A stretch of 64,000 nt of DNA. It comes from an uncultured Bacteroidales bacterium. GTDB lineage: Bacteria > Bacteroidota > Bacteroidia > Bacteroidales > JAEINX01. Position numbers and translations under genes: made by a program. Position 1 is the stretch's first letter, and each line of letters opens with the position of its first letter. Location of the stretch: the NCBI GenBank assembly GCA_964462015.1, contig CAYWXI010000010.1, forward strand, positions 19,819 to 83,818. The letters are read 5' to 3'. Shown here piece after piece: positions 35,465 to 45,564 of the stretch. The notes beneath the pieces are model-generated. The model was not told the DNA's origin and did not search any database. It worked only from the letters and a program-made list of their open reading frames with translations.

Positions 35465-36709
35465 TTAATCTTGATTTTTTGCCAAATAGTGCAAAGTCGA
35501 GCAATTAGAAGGCTTAAAAATATTTTTCGCCTGTTCAATGATTTGCTCTTTTGTAACACTCAAATATTTATTAGTTTCTTCATTAATTTGAGCAGCATCG
35601 CCAAGCAACTCGAAATATGACAAAGTCATTGCTTTATTTAGAATATTCATCTCGGCAAATATTAAATTCGACTCGACTTTGTTTTTTACTTTTTGCAATT
35701 CTTCATCATCAATCAAACCATCACAAATTTTATTTAATTCATTCAAAATTGCATTTTCGGCTTTTTCCATTGAAATACCTTTTATTAATTTACCTTCAAC
35801 AATTAATAAACCTTCATCTATGTCACCTGAAATATATGCGTTTATCTCACTAAATAATTGCTGTTTTTTATATAATTCCTGATAAAGCCTCGATGAATGT
35901 CCATTCGACAAAATGTCAGACAAAAGGTCAATTGCATGATAAGCTTTATCGGTTCGGGAACAAATATGAAAGACCTTCATAATTGAATCAAATGGAACGT
36001 CCCGTTTGACGGTTAACTCTCGGGCTGCCTCCTGAGCAGGTTCCTTATGCAAATCACGAACGAAGATATTTTGATTTTCAATTGTCCCAAACCATTTCTG
36101 AGCCAAAGTTTTTACTTCATCGGATTCAACATTCCCGGCTACTGTTAAAATTGCATTATTAGGATTGTAAAATTTATTATAAAAATCTTTTACATCCTTC
36201 ATTACAGCATTTTCAATATGAGCGATATTTTTACCGATAGTTGGCCATTGATAAGGATGGACCTTATAAGCTAGAGGCTTTATTAATAGCCATATATCAC
36301 CATAGGGTTGATTTAAATAAGACTGCTTGAACTCTTCTACAACGACATTTTTTTGAACTTCCAGACTTTTTGCTGAAAAAGCAAGCGACAACATCCTGTC
36401 GGATTCAAGCCAAAAAGCAGTTTCAAGATTTTGTTTAGGAATAGACAAATAGTAATTTGTTATATCGTTATTTGTGAATGCATTATTCTCGCCACCTACT
36501 TGTTCAAGAGGTTTATCGAAACGGGGAATATTCACCGAACCTCCAAACATCAAATGCTCAAACAAATGAGCAAATCCGGTTTTTTCGGGATTCTCATCTT
36601 TTGCGCCAACATTATATAAAACGTTTACAGCAACAATTGGTGTTGATTTATCTTGATGAACAATAACTTTCAGACCATTATCTAAAATAAAATTATCGAA
36701 TTTTATCAT
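35465..36709 (-). CDS. M16-family (pitrilysin/insulinase) zinc peptidase
   Basis: 'GFAHLFEHLMFGG' HxxEH zinc-binding motif. Confidence 0.88.
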   Translation of the reverse strand: MIKFDNFILDNGLKVIVHQDKSTPIVAVNVLYNVGAKDENPEKTGFAHLFEHLMFGGSVNIPRFDKPLEQVGGENNAFTNNDITNYYLSIPKQNLETAFWLESDRMLSLAFSAKSLEVQKNVVVEEFKQSYLNQPYGDIWLLIKPLAYKVHPYQWPTIGKNIAHIENAVMKDVKDFYNKFYNPNNAILTVAGNVESDEVKTLAQKWFGTIENQNIFVRDLHKEPAQEAARELTVKRDVPFDSIMKVFHICSRTDKAYHAIDLLSDILSNGHSSRLYQELYKKQQLFSEINAYISGDIDEGLLIVEGKLIKGISMEKAENAILNELNKICDGLIDDEELQKVKNKVESNLIFAEMNILNKAMTLSYFELLGDAAQINEETNKYLSVTKEQIIEQAKNIFKPSNCSTLHYLAKNQD

Positions 36710-36741
36710 TTTAATATTTTGACTCGTGAAAAATAAAAATG

Positions 36742-36749
36742 CAAAAGTA
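36742..36749 (-). promoter_or_regulatory. candidate -7 box (TACTTTTG) for the M16 operon
   Basis: Plus strand reads CAAAAGTA, 33 nt upstream of the ATG at 36709. Confidence 0.45.
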
Positions 36750-36807
36750 GAAATTTTCTTGCTCAGGACTTCATTATAATAATAACTTTGAAAATAAATT
36801 CGTATAG

Positions 36808-37512
36808 GTGAAAAATTTAATTATCGTTGATAAAAAACTTCCCGAGCAAGCAAAATTAAACCTTAAACAATTTGGAGTTGTAATTGAATTATTTACTCAA
36901 TCAATAACTTATGAAGCTATTTCTGGGCACCCTGACATTTTTATCTGTCAATTACCTGATAAAATAATTCTTGCACCAAATTTGCCTTTTAAATTTTTCA
37001 AAATTATTAAAGATGAGAATATTCATTTTAATATAGGAAAGCAAAATGTTGGACTGAAATATCCTGAAACCGCTATTTATAATACTGTTGTTACAGAAAA
37101 TTATTTTATTTATAAGAAAGATATTCCTGACAAGGAAATAATTCATAACCTGTATTCCCAGAAATCTATTTCAATTTCGCAAGGATATTGTCGATGTAAT
37201 TTGCTCCCATTAAAAGATGATAGTTTTATTACTTCCGATAATAATATTTATCAAACCCTTACAAAAGAGAAGTTAAATGTTTTATACGTTGATCCGAAGC
37301 AAATTTTTCTTCCGGAATTTAAACACGGGTTTTTTGGAGGAACAGCAGGAGTTATAGACAAAAACGTACTTCTTTCAGGTAGTCTAAAATATTTTTCTGA
37401 CGGAGAAAAGGTAAAAAGTTTTTTACAAAATCTAAATTATTCTATCATTGAACTTTACAATGGTCCTCTTTTTGACGGGGGAAGTATCTTTTGCTTATCT
37501 CCGAGTTTTTAA
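36808..37512 (+). CDS. hypothetical protein; possibly a guanidino-modifying-enzyme-fold (DUF6873-like) protein
   Basis: GTG start. 'ISGHPDIF', 'QGYCRCN' and 'FFGGTAG' blocks recall that family, but only from memory. Confidence 0.3.
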   Translation: MKNLIIVDKKLPEQAKLNLKQFGVVIELFTQSITYEAISGHPDIFICQLPDKIILAPNLPFKFFKIIKDENIHFNIGKQNVGLKYPETAIYNTVVTENYFIYKKDIPDKEIIHNLYSQKSISISQGYCRCNLLPLKDDSFITSDNNIYQTLTKEKLNVLYVDPKQIFLPEFKHGFFGGTAGVIDKNVLLSGSLKYFSDGEKVKSFLQNLNYSIIELYNGPLFDGGSIFCLSPSF

Positions 37513-37810
37513 TATTTCAATTAAAATTCTCGTAAAGATTCGTGAACTCCTTTATGAATTTCATCATAAAAACTCAAAGATGCCTGTTTCTTTTCTTTTT
37601 CAAATAATTTAATCCATTATCATATTTTAATGTTTTTTTTACACAATAAAAATTCCAGCGTTGCGTCATTTCTATTAAATTATTTTGAAACATTTATATT
37701 TATAAAGTTTTTTTTTGTTTATTATGCAACCATTTGCTATATATTGATGTCTTGATATTTACAGAAAAAGGAATGTAATTTGTTTAATTTTTAATATCAT
37801 CTTTATTTAT

Positions 37811-38488
37811 ATGGTTTTAAAAAGATTCTTAATTGTGATTGTTATGATAATTCCTTTTGGATTTAGTCATGCACAAACAATGGAGAAAATTTATTTATTT
37901 GATGACATTATAATTAATAATGTCAAAGGTTATGATCATATAAAATTTGAAAACACTATAGTTAGAGGTAAAATTGGCGAACCTTCGCTTCCTTATTTTC
38001 CTGTTTCTCTATTACTTCCACCTGGACATATTGCAGAATCCATTGAAATAATTTACGAAGAAAAATTTGATTTCCCGAATAATTTTAATATTTATCCATA
38101 TCAGCTTTCAAAATCCACAACTGAGGATGATTCTGGCAATTTTGTAAAAAATAATGATATATACAATTCAAACAATGTTTTCCCTGCAGTTTCCACTAAT
38201 AAATTATCTACAGAATTCATAAATGGCTATTCAATTGCAACAACAACTTTTACACCCGTAAAATACTATCCTGCAAGCGGAAAATTATCATACTTTAAAA
38301 AGATCATCATAAGAATAAAAACCAAAGAAACCTCTTCGGCAGCTTTCGAATTACAAAACCTCGACTCTTCGGCGAATGTAATACATAAGATTATGAATAT
38401 TTCGCAAAATCCTGAAATTTTGCCTCAGTATAAAAATCTAAAATACGATAAAGATGCTTATCAGATGCTAATTAATAATCATAATTAA
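37811..38488 (+). pseudogene. 5' fragment of a C25 (gingipain-like) peptidase: signal peptide plus propeptide domain only
   Basis: 'GEPSLPYFPVSLLLPPG...FTPVKYYPASGKLSYFKKIIIRIK' resembles Propeptide_C25. The ORF stops at 'AYQMLINNHN*', where the catalytic domain normally begins. The convergent buk gene ends 27 nt later. Confidence 0.45.
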
Positions 38489-38514
38489 CAATTATTCAGA
38501 AGTTAATTTATTTA

Positions 38515-39591
38515 TTATCTGTAAACTTTAGCTTTCATTTCTCCTTTAACTACTCTTAATCCATTCATAGCAAGAGCCAGCATTTCATCTTCACCCGGAT
38601 AAATATGTATAGGAGAAATATAAGATATCCGTTGAACAATTTGGTTTACAAACCATTTATCGTAAGCGATACCCCCTGTAATAAGTATAGAATCGGCTTT
38701 ACCTTTTAAAACCGTGCACATTGCACCTACCAATTTTGCAACCTGATAGGCCATAGCAGTATAAATAAGAATTGCTTTCTCATCACCTTCCATAACACGC
38801 TTTTCAACTTCCATTGCATCATTGGTACCTAAATAAGCCACCAAACCTCCTTCGCCAACAATCATTTTCATCATTTGGTTTTCGGTATATTTTCCACTGA
38901 AACAAACACGAATCAAATCACCAACCGGTAAAGTTCCGGATCTCTCGGGAGAAAAAGGGCCTTCCCCGTCAATACCTTGGTTTACATCAATTACTTTCCC
39001 TTTATTGTGAGCACCAACCGTTATTCCTCCACCAAGATGAACAACAATTAAGTTTAAATTCTCATATTTTTTATTAATTGATTCAGCATAATTCCGGGCA
39101 ACTATTTTTTGATTTAGGGCGTGAAAAACCGACTTTCTTTTAAATAAAGGATGCCCTGATATACGGGCAATATCTTGAAGCTCATCAACAACTACAGGAT
39201 CAACAATATATGCTTTGGCATTTGGTAATGATTTTGCAATATCAAAAGCAATTAAACCTCCTAGATTACTTGCATGTTCGCCAAACGGACTGTGTTTTAA
39301 ATCATAAATCATCTTGTCATTGACAAAATAAACACCAGATTCGATTGGCTTCATTAAACCTCCACGGCCAACTACTGCTCGCACAAGAGAAGTATTAATA
39401 TCCGCCTTATCTAATTCTTGCTGTACAAGCTGCTTCCGAAAATTAAATTGATCGTAAATGCTTTTTAATTGCTCAAGTTCTTCAACACTATGCCTGATTG
39501 TTTTTAGAAATATTGGTGAATTATTTTGAAAAATAGCAATTTTTGTTGAAGTCGATCCGGGATTGATTGCAATAATTATAACATCGTCCAT
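38515..39591 (-). CDS. buk: butyrate kinase
   Basis: 358 aa. 'IIAINPGSTSTKIAIF' ASKHA N-terminal motif. Located downstream of ptb. Confidence 0.9.
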   Translation of the reverse strand: MDDVIIIAINPGSTSTKIAIFQNNSPIFLKTIRHSVEELEQLKSIYDQFNFRKQLVQQELDKADINTSLVRAVVGRGGLMKPIESGVYFVNDKMIYDLKHSPFGEHASNLGGLIAFDIAKSLPNAKAYIVDPVVVDELQDIARISGHPLFKRKSVFHALNQKIVARNYAESINKKYENLNLIVVHLGGGITVGAHNKGKVIDVNQGIDGEGPFSPERSGTLPVGDLIRVCFSGKYTENQMMKMIVGEGGLVAYLGTNDAMEVEKRVMEGDEKAILIYTAMAYQVAKLVGAMCTVLKGKADSILITGGIAYDKWFVNQIVQRISYISPIHIYPGEDEMLALAMNGLRVVKGEMKAKVYR

Positions 39592-39823
39592 CTGTTTAAA
39601 TATAATGGTTCTACTACTATTTTATATGGTAACCGTATTTTACGGTTCTACTAATAAATTTATTTATAATGATAAAATGCTACAATGCTTAAATATTTCA
39701 TAACAATCAAATCTTTGATAATAAATTGCCTGAATATTACTTTATTAGGTTTTTTCATTTTATATATTATTTATATTCTCGCATTTTAGCATTTGTCTGG
39801 TTCCACTAAATTTGTAATAATAC

Positions 39824-40717
39824 TTAGATAGCCGCAAGTACAATGCTATCTAATTTTGATCGTTCGGAATCAGCTCGAGATGGCAATACAATTGGAGCTG
39901 AGGCGCCTAAAACGACTCCGGCAACTTTTGCATCGGCAAAAAACACAAACGATTTATATAAAATATTACCTGCTTCGATGTCGGGCATCAACAATAAGTC
40001 GGCATCGCCGGCGACATCGCTAATAATTCCCTTGTAGTGTGCACTTCTTTCACTAATTGCAATATCGAAGGATAAAGGCCCGTCAACAATACAATTTTCA
40101 ATTTGACCCCGTTGTGCCATTTTTGATAATAAAGCAGCATCGATCGTAGCAGGCATCATTTCGTTAACCAATTCAACTGCACCAATTGCCGCAACTTTCG
40201 GCCTTTCTATTCCTAATAAATTAAGTCCCTCAACCGCATTTTTCAAAATATTTATTTTGTCTTTCAAATTCGGAGCAATATTCATAGCCACATCAGTAAC
40301 TGTAATAAGTTTATGGTGATAAGCTTTAACTTCGAATAACGCAAAATGTGATAATACCGGATTTTTTCTTAAACCCCATTCTTTATTCAAAACTCCCTTT
40401 AACAAAGTTGCCGTTCCTATTCCGCCTTTCATCAGGATACCTGCATCCTTATCATGAACAAGCCTGACTGCTTTTTCAACAGCCTCTGCATTATTCGGGA
40501 TATTAAATATTTCCATAGAAGAAATGTCAAGCTTGTTGTCATAAGCAACTCTTTTTATTTTCTCTTCATTCCCAACAAGAATTGCATCAACAAAACCTCT
40601 TTCTACTGCATGAGTAATTGCCTGTAACGCAAGTTCATCATGAGCAGCTGCCAAAGCAACTGTTTTCTTCTCCGATTTATTTACCAAACCGTACAGATCA
40701 GACATTCTTTTTAACAT
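39824..40717 (-). CDS. ptb: phosphate butyryltransferase
   Basis: 297 aa of the phosphate acetyl/butyryl transferase family, paired with buk. Confidence 0.85.
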   Translation of the reverse strand: MLKRMSDLYGLVNKSEKKTVALAAAHDELALQAITHAVERGFVDAILVGNEEKIKRVAYDNKLDISSMEIFNIPNNAEAVEKAVRLVHDKDAGILMKGGIGTATLLKGVLNKEWGLRKNPVLSHFALFEVKAYHHKLITVTDVAMNIAPNLKDKINILKNAVEGLNLLGIERPKVAAIGAVELVNEMMPATIDAALLSKMAQRGQIENCIVDGPLSFDIAISERSAHYKGIISDVAGDADLLLMPDIEAGNILYKSFVFFADAKVAGVVLGASAPIVLPSRADSERSKLDSIVLAAI

Positions 40718-40910
40718 CTTTATCTTATTTTTTAATTTTTATACAATGATATTTTGTTATCTTATAGTTTTCATTTTTTTAATTAACAATGCCAATAAAA
40801 TATAAAGATACACATTTTTATTTCAAAAACCTCTCTTAAAAAATTTTGTTTTTCTTTATTATTTTATTCTCTATTAAACCATTATTAATTACAATTTAAA
40901 TATTTCTATT

Positions 40911-40926
40911 TGTGAAAACTTTCACA
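40911..40926. promoter_or_regulatory. exact CRP/FNR-type palindrome TGTGA-N6-TCACA
   Basis: 'tgtgaaaactttcaca' (7+2+7 perfect inverted repeat). Lies 2 nt downstream of the TACTTTTG box on the ptb strand. Confidence 0.5.
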
Positions 40927-40928
40927 GG

Positions 40929-40936
40929 CAAAAGTA
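40929..40936 (-). promoter_or_regulatory. candidate -7 box (TACTTTTG) for ptb-buk
   Basis: Plus strand reads CAAAAGTA, about 210 nt upstream of the ptb ATG at 40717. Confidence 0.4.
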
Positions 40937-41185
40937 GAAATAAATAATGTATTGGTATTTTTTTCTTTTAAATATTTTTAAAGTGATTTTATCGGATAAT
41001 TATGTTACTGCTAACCACGAATTTAGCAGAACATTGACAAATGAAATAATGATTGAATGCATAAATGCGACAATAATAATATTATCTCAAATGTGAAAAA
41101 CAGATATTATTATACATGTCTTTTATTATCAATTATTTAATTGACATAAAACATTTAAGCATTGTTGCATTAGATCAATTATGCA

Positions 41186-42460
41186 TTAATCAGCAGTATA
41201 AAAATTAATCATATTAATTATGGATTCATCGCAGGCACCACAAAATTTATTTCCTTTGAAAGAATTCATTAAACAATCATAGGCAGGACGATAAACACCT
41301 TTTGCAGAGTACCCCCCACCCTCAAAAACACCTAATCTTTTAAGGTATTTTTTATTATCGATTGGCGTAGGAATTTTAGTGTTTCTCTTTAGCAGATGTT
41401 TCCATTTTTTATCAAAATCAACTAAAGTTGTCAGGTTAGGTTCCCAGGGTTCAACATCGAGAGGATAAAAATCATTATAGGCTACTTTTGAAGAATAATA
41501 TTCATCCCCCAATCCGGCAAAGCCATGGCCAAATTCGTGAATTAGTATTTTATCTTTATAGGAATTAGAGTTTCCGTAAACCGAATAGAAATTATAAATT
41601 GCCCCTCCCCCGTATTTTTTGGTGTTTATCATAATAAATATTTGATCGTAAGGGGCATTAGCAGCAAGGTCCCTCACACTAAAGAAATCTGATGTCATGC
41701 AGTATCTTTCTAAATCGAAAGTATAAAATCTTGAATTCATAATTGTGTTTTTCCACACCGAGTCTGCCGGAATATCACTACCCGAATCTTCAGACGGAGC
41801 CAGAACCCCTCTGAAATTGAATTTGTCTTTATTTTTGGAATAAGGTGAAAATGAAAAGAAATCATCAACAAAAACCTTACAGTCATCAATAAATTCACCC
41901 ATTTCTTCTTTTGTGTATCCTTCAGGTAATATTACAATATCAACTTTACCAGATGGGTCTCCTGAAATAAAAATATCAAACATCGGATACTTCGCTCTTT
42001 GCTTTGGAGAGATAAAATAATCATCAGTATCAACAAGATATTCAAATTTCTTCTTGAAAACTCCTTTTTTATCTCTACTATAAAACTCAACTCTTACATC
42101 ATTTTTCGGATAGGGAATAACAACTGATTCTCGAAAGCTTCGATTGGTCATTTTTGCTTCATTTGTTGTTTGCCATTCGCTGAAAAGAGTTGAATACCCT
42201 CTGGAGTAGATCAGGATATCATTTTCAATATCAAAAACTTTAACATAATAACTTCCGAATTCAAAAGTGTCAAGTAAGTTAATTTTTGATCCACCCCAAT
42301 AGGGTTCTTCAATTAATTCATCAATAGTGTAAAACTCCGATTCATTATTTCCCGAATGAAAATAATCGATTCGCAATGTTTTATCATGAAAAAATTTACT
42401 GAATTGAGCATTTGCAGTAAAAGATATTAAAAAAATACTAATAAATAAACAATATTTCAT
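41186..42460 (-). CDS. M64-family (IgA-peptidase-like) zinc metallopeptidase
   Basis: Signal peptide. 'ILIHEFGHGFAGLGDEY' HExxH block. Confidence 0.85.
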   Translation of the reverse strand: MKYCLFISIFLISFTANAQFSKFFHDKTLRIDYFHSGNNESEFYTIDELIEEPYWGGSKINLLDTFEFGSYYVKVFDIENDILIYSRGYSTLFSEWQTTNEAKMTNRSFRESVVIPYPKNDVRVEFYSRDKKGVFKKKFEYLVDTDDYFISPKQRAKYPMFDIFISGDPSGKVDIVILPEGYTKEEMGEFIDDCKVFVDDFFSFSPYSKNKDKFNFRGVLAPSEDSGSDIPADSVWKNTIMNSRFYTFDLERYCMTSDFFSVRDLAANAPYDQIFIMINTKKYGGGAIYNFYSVYGNSNSYKDKILIHEFGHGFAGLGDEYYSSKVAYNDFYPLDVEPWEPNLTTLVDFDKKWKHLLKRNTKIPTPIDNKKYLKRLGVFEGGGYSAKGVYRPAYDCLMNSFKGNKFCGACDESIINMINFYTAD

Positions 42461-42575
42461 TTGTGTGTGTTTTAATCATTAAGGCAAATATAATAATTTT
42501 ATCACCAAATAGAATAATAGATTATTTATTCCATTTACTAAAAAAAACTTTATTAGGTATATTATTTATTTTTTT

Positions 42576-42583
42576 TAATTTTG
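42576..42583 (+). promoter_or_regulatory. candidate -7 box (TAATTTTG) for the tryptophanase-family gene
   Basis: Matches TAnnTTTG about 180 nt upstream of the ATG at 42764. Confidence 0.3.
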
Positions 42584-42763
42584 GGTCAAAATCAAAACAC
42601 AAAGTATTTTGGTTCGACTTGCTCAAATACAAAAAGATAAAAATTACCTTAATCTAAAAGACAGGGATAGGTTTTTTGGTAAATAATTTTTTTCGCTTGT
42701 TTCAAACAGAAATAAGCATTCAATTTTCTATTTTATTTATTATTAATTTATAAAACTTAAAAA

Positions 42764-44146
42764 ATGAATTTACCATTTGCTGAATCATTTAAAACCAAAG
42801 TGGTTGAGCCAATAAGAAAAAGCACACGTGAAGAACGCGAAAAATGGATAAAAGAAGCCAATTATAATTTATTCAATCTGAAAAGCGAGCAGGTTTTTAT
42901 TGATTTGCTAACCGACTCCGGAACAGGAGCAATGAGCGACCGTCAATGGTCGGAAATAATGCTTGGCGATGAAAGTTATGCCGGAGCTTCATCATATTAC
43001 AAATTAAAAAATGCTATTAAAGATATAAACGGTTTTGATTATTTTTTACCAACACATCAGGGTCGGGCTGCCGAAAATGTTCTTTTTTCCGTATTAGTCA
43101 AAGATGGTGACCTGGTTCCCGGAAATTCTCATTTCGATACAACAAAAGGCCACATTGAATTCCGAAAAGCTACTGCAGTTGATTGTACCATTGACGAGGC
43201 GTTTGACACAATAATAGACCATCCTTTCAAAGGAAATCTTGATCTTTATAAGTTAGAAACCGTACTTAAAAATAATCCGAAAAATAAAATTCCTTTAATA
43301 ATAGTAACCATAACATGCAATTCATCAGGCGGACAACCGGTTTCAATGCAAAACCTTAAAGAGGTTAAAACTCTGGCTGATAAATATGGAATTAAAGTTT
43401 TTTTTGATTCAGCTCGCTTTGCGGAAAATGCTTATTTTATTAAAAAAAGAGAAAAAGGATTTGAAGACAAAACCATAAAAGAAATTGTAAAAGAAATGTT
43501 TTCTTACTCCGATGGCATGACAATGAGCAGTAAAAAAGACGCCATCGTTAACATGGGAGGTTTTATAGGTTTTCGTGACGAGGAATTATTTAAACAGGCA
43601 AGTGTTTTTAATATCATGTTCGAGGGCTTTATCACTTATGGTGGGATGTCGGGTAGAGATATGAATGCACTGGCTCAAGGCTTGTATGAAGGCACTGAAT
43701 TTGATTATCTTGAAACAAGAATTGAACAAGTTGCATATCTCGGAAAAAAACTTGATGAATATGGTATTTCCGTTTTAAAACCTTATGGCGGCCATGCTAT
43801 TTTTATTGATGCCAAACGCTTTTTGCCTCACATCCCTAAAGAAGAGTTTATTGCCCAAACCCTTGCTATTGAATTGTATATTGAAAGTGGAATAAGAGCG
43901 GTTGAAATAGGTGCAATGATGGCCGATCGAGACCCTGTTACCAGGGAAAACCGTTTTCCTGAACTGGAACTAGTAAGGATGGCTATCCCGAGACGTGTTT
44001 ATTCCAATAATCACATGGATTATGTTGCAGCTACTTGTGCTAATGTTTTGAACAGATCAACTGAGATAAAAAATGGTGTAAAAATTTTGAAGGAATCTCC
44101 AATATTGAGGCATTTTACGGTTGAGCTTGAGAGAATTGCTGATTGA
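42764..44146 (+). CDS. tnaA: beta-eliminating lyase of the tryptophanase / tyrosine phenol-lyase family (probably tryptophanase)
   Basis: 'IDLLTDSGTGAMS', 'PTHQGRAAE', the PLP-lysine block 'MSSKKDAIVNMGG', and 'LRHFT' near the C-terminus. I cannot separate TnaA from TPL by eye. Confidence 0.8.
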   Translation: MNLPFAESFKTKVVEPIRKSTREEREKWIKEANYNLFNLKSEQVFIDLLTDSGTGAMSDRQWSEIMLGDESYAGASSYYKLKNAIKDINGFDYFLPTHQGRAAENVLFSVLVKDGDLVPGNSHFDTTKGHIEFRKATAVDCTIDEAFDTIIDHPFKGNLDLYKLETVLKNNPKNKIPLIIVTITCNSSGGQPVSMQNLKEVKTLADKYGIKVFFDSARFAENAYFIKKREKGFEDKTIKEIVKEMFSYSDGMTMSSKKDAIVNMGGFIGFRDEELFKQASVFNIMFEGFITYGGMSGRDMNALAQGLYEGTEFDYLETRIEQVAYLGKKLDEYGISVLKPYGGHAIFIDAKRFLPHIPKEEFIAQTLAIELYIESGIRAVEIGAMMADRDPVTRENRFPELELVRMAIPRRVYSNNHMDYVAATCANVLNRSTEIKNGVKILKESPILRHFTVELERIAD

Positions 44147-44192
44147 GAATTTGGTTTGTTATCACATTATTAATATAGAGGCCTGAAGAAAA

Positions 44193-44227
44193 GCCACTGC
44201 CCTAATAGTAAATATGGAGGCAGTGGC
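44193..44227 (+). terminator. hairpin downstream of tnaA (possible terminator)
   Basis: Perfect 9-bp GC-rich stem gccactgcc / ggcagtggc with a 17-nt loop. Weak T tail. Confidence 0.45.
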
Positions 44228-44299
44228 AATTTGATCACTCACTATAATTACCGGGTAAATTTTTTCAAACGGTTTTATTACTTTTGAAAAAAAGTTTAT

Positions 44300-45544
44300 A
44301 TGGCAGGTGATTTTGTAAAAGATCTTCAGTATTACAAATTTTGCTTTTATGGTTTGTTAAAAAATCTGCGGTTTTTTGAAGCTTTTCTGATTTTGTTTTT
44401 TCTTGATAAAGGATTAACATTTCTCGAAATAGGAATTTTATATTCAATTCGTGAAATCATGATCAATATCACCGAAATCCCAACGGGAATTATTTCCGAT
44501 TCTATTGGCCGCCGCAGAACCATGATTTTTGCCTTCGTTTTTTATATTATTTCATTTACTGTGTTCTATTTGAGTGGAACTTATGCCCTCTTTGTAATTG
44601 CAATGATAGTTTATTCCTTTGGCGATGGAATGAGAAGCGGAAACCATAAGGCAATGGTTTTAGAGTATATTTCGTTTAAAGGTTGGAAAGATCAAAAAAT
44701 TCATTATTACGGACATACACGCTCATGGTCGCAGGCCGGGTCGGCAATTGCAGCTCTTTTTGGCGCCCTGATTGTTTTTATTACCGGGAATTATTCGCAA
44801 CTCTTTTTGTTTTCAATAATCCCTTACATTCTTGATCTTATAAATGTAATATCCTATCCAATATTTCTGGATGGTAATATAAAAAAATTTGATTTTGTAA
44901 AAATGAGAGATAATTTTAAAACCGTCTTCAAAGAAATAATTTTTTCATTTCGGAAAATCTATATTTTGAAAGCTGTTGCAAACTATTCGTTTTACAGCGG
45001 ATATTATAAAGTTATAAAAGACTATTTACAAGTTGTTTTGCAGACTTTGGCACTTTCATTGCCGGTTTTATTGAATTTTAACGACATAGAAAAAACCTCA
45101 ATATGTATAGGGTTGGCTTTTTTTATCATTTATTTTATTAATTCTATTGCCTCAAAAATGTCGGGAAAAATAGCTGACAGGTTTACCAATATCTATAAAC
45201 CTTTAAATTTATCATTGACAATTGGATATCTAGTTGGTTTACTAGGAGGTATTTTTTACTATCAAAACCTTGTTTTTATTTCAGTATTTTGTTATATTGT
45301 AATTTTAATAATAGAAAATATTAGGAAACCAATGGCGGTCTCATTTATTTCTTCTATGTTAGATAAAAAGATTTACGCCAGTACCTTCTCAATCAATTCG
45401 CAAATTCAGACAATAGTTGCCGCTGTTTTAGCACCATTGTTAGGCTTTTTTGCAGATGAATTTGGTATTGGGATGGCTTTAATGATCATATCTTTTATAA
45501 TGATTCTTTTCTTTCCGATTTATTTTATAAAAGCTGAAAAATAA
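44300..45544 (+). CDS. MFS transporter
   Basis: About 12 TM helices. 'SDSIGRRRTMIF' loop 2-3 motif. Confidence 0.65.
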   Translation: MAGDFVKDLQYYKFCFYGLLKNLRFFEAFLILFFLDKGLTFLEIGILYSIREIMINITEIPTGIISDSIGRRRTMIFAFVFYIISFTVFYLSGTYALFVIAMIVYSFGDGMRSGNHKAMVLEYISFKGWKDQKIHYYGHTRSWSQAGSAIAALFGALIVFITGNYSQLFLFSIIPYILDLINVISYPIFLDGNIKKFDFVKMRDNFKTVFKEIIFSFRKIYILKAVANYSFYSGYYKVIKDYLQVVLQTLALSLPVLLNFNDIEKTSICIGLAFFIIYFINSIASKMSGKIADRFTNIYKPLNLSLTIGYLVGLLGGIFYYQNLVFISVFCYIVILIIENIRKPMAVSFISSMLDKKIYASTFSINSQIQTIVAAVLAPLLGFFADEFGIGMALMIISFIMILFFPIYFIKAEK

Positions 45545-45564
45545 TAATTTTGCAAAAAGTATTT

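Noticed and set aside
37521-37616. 31-codon open frame on the minus strand (…WIKLFEKEKKQASLSFYDEIHKGVHESLREF*) that reads like a protein C-terminus.
   Set aside because: It has no start codon and a stop immediately upstream. It could be a gene relic, but this cannot be supported from sequence alone.
42463-42657. 64-aa ORF in the M64-tnaA spacer, and a possible TnaC-like leader peptide upstream of the tryptophanase-family gene.
   Set aside because: The ORF is Ile/Leu/Lys/Phe-rich low complexity. No ATG-initiated short ORF with a Trp codon lies between the candidate promoter (42576) and the tnaA ATG.
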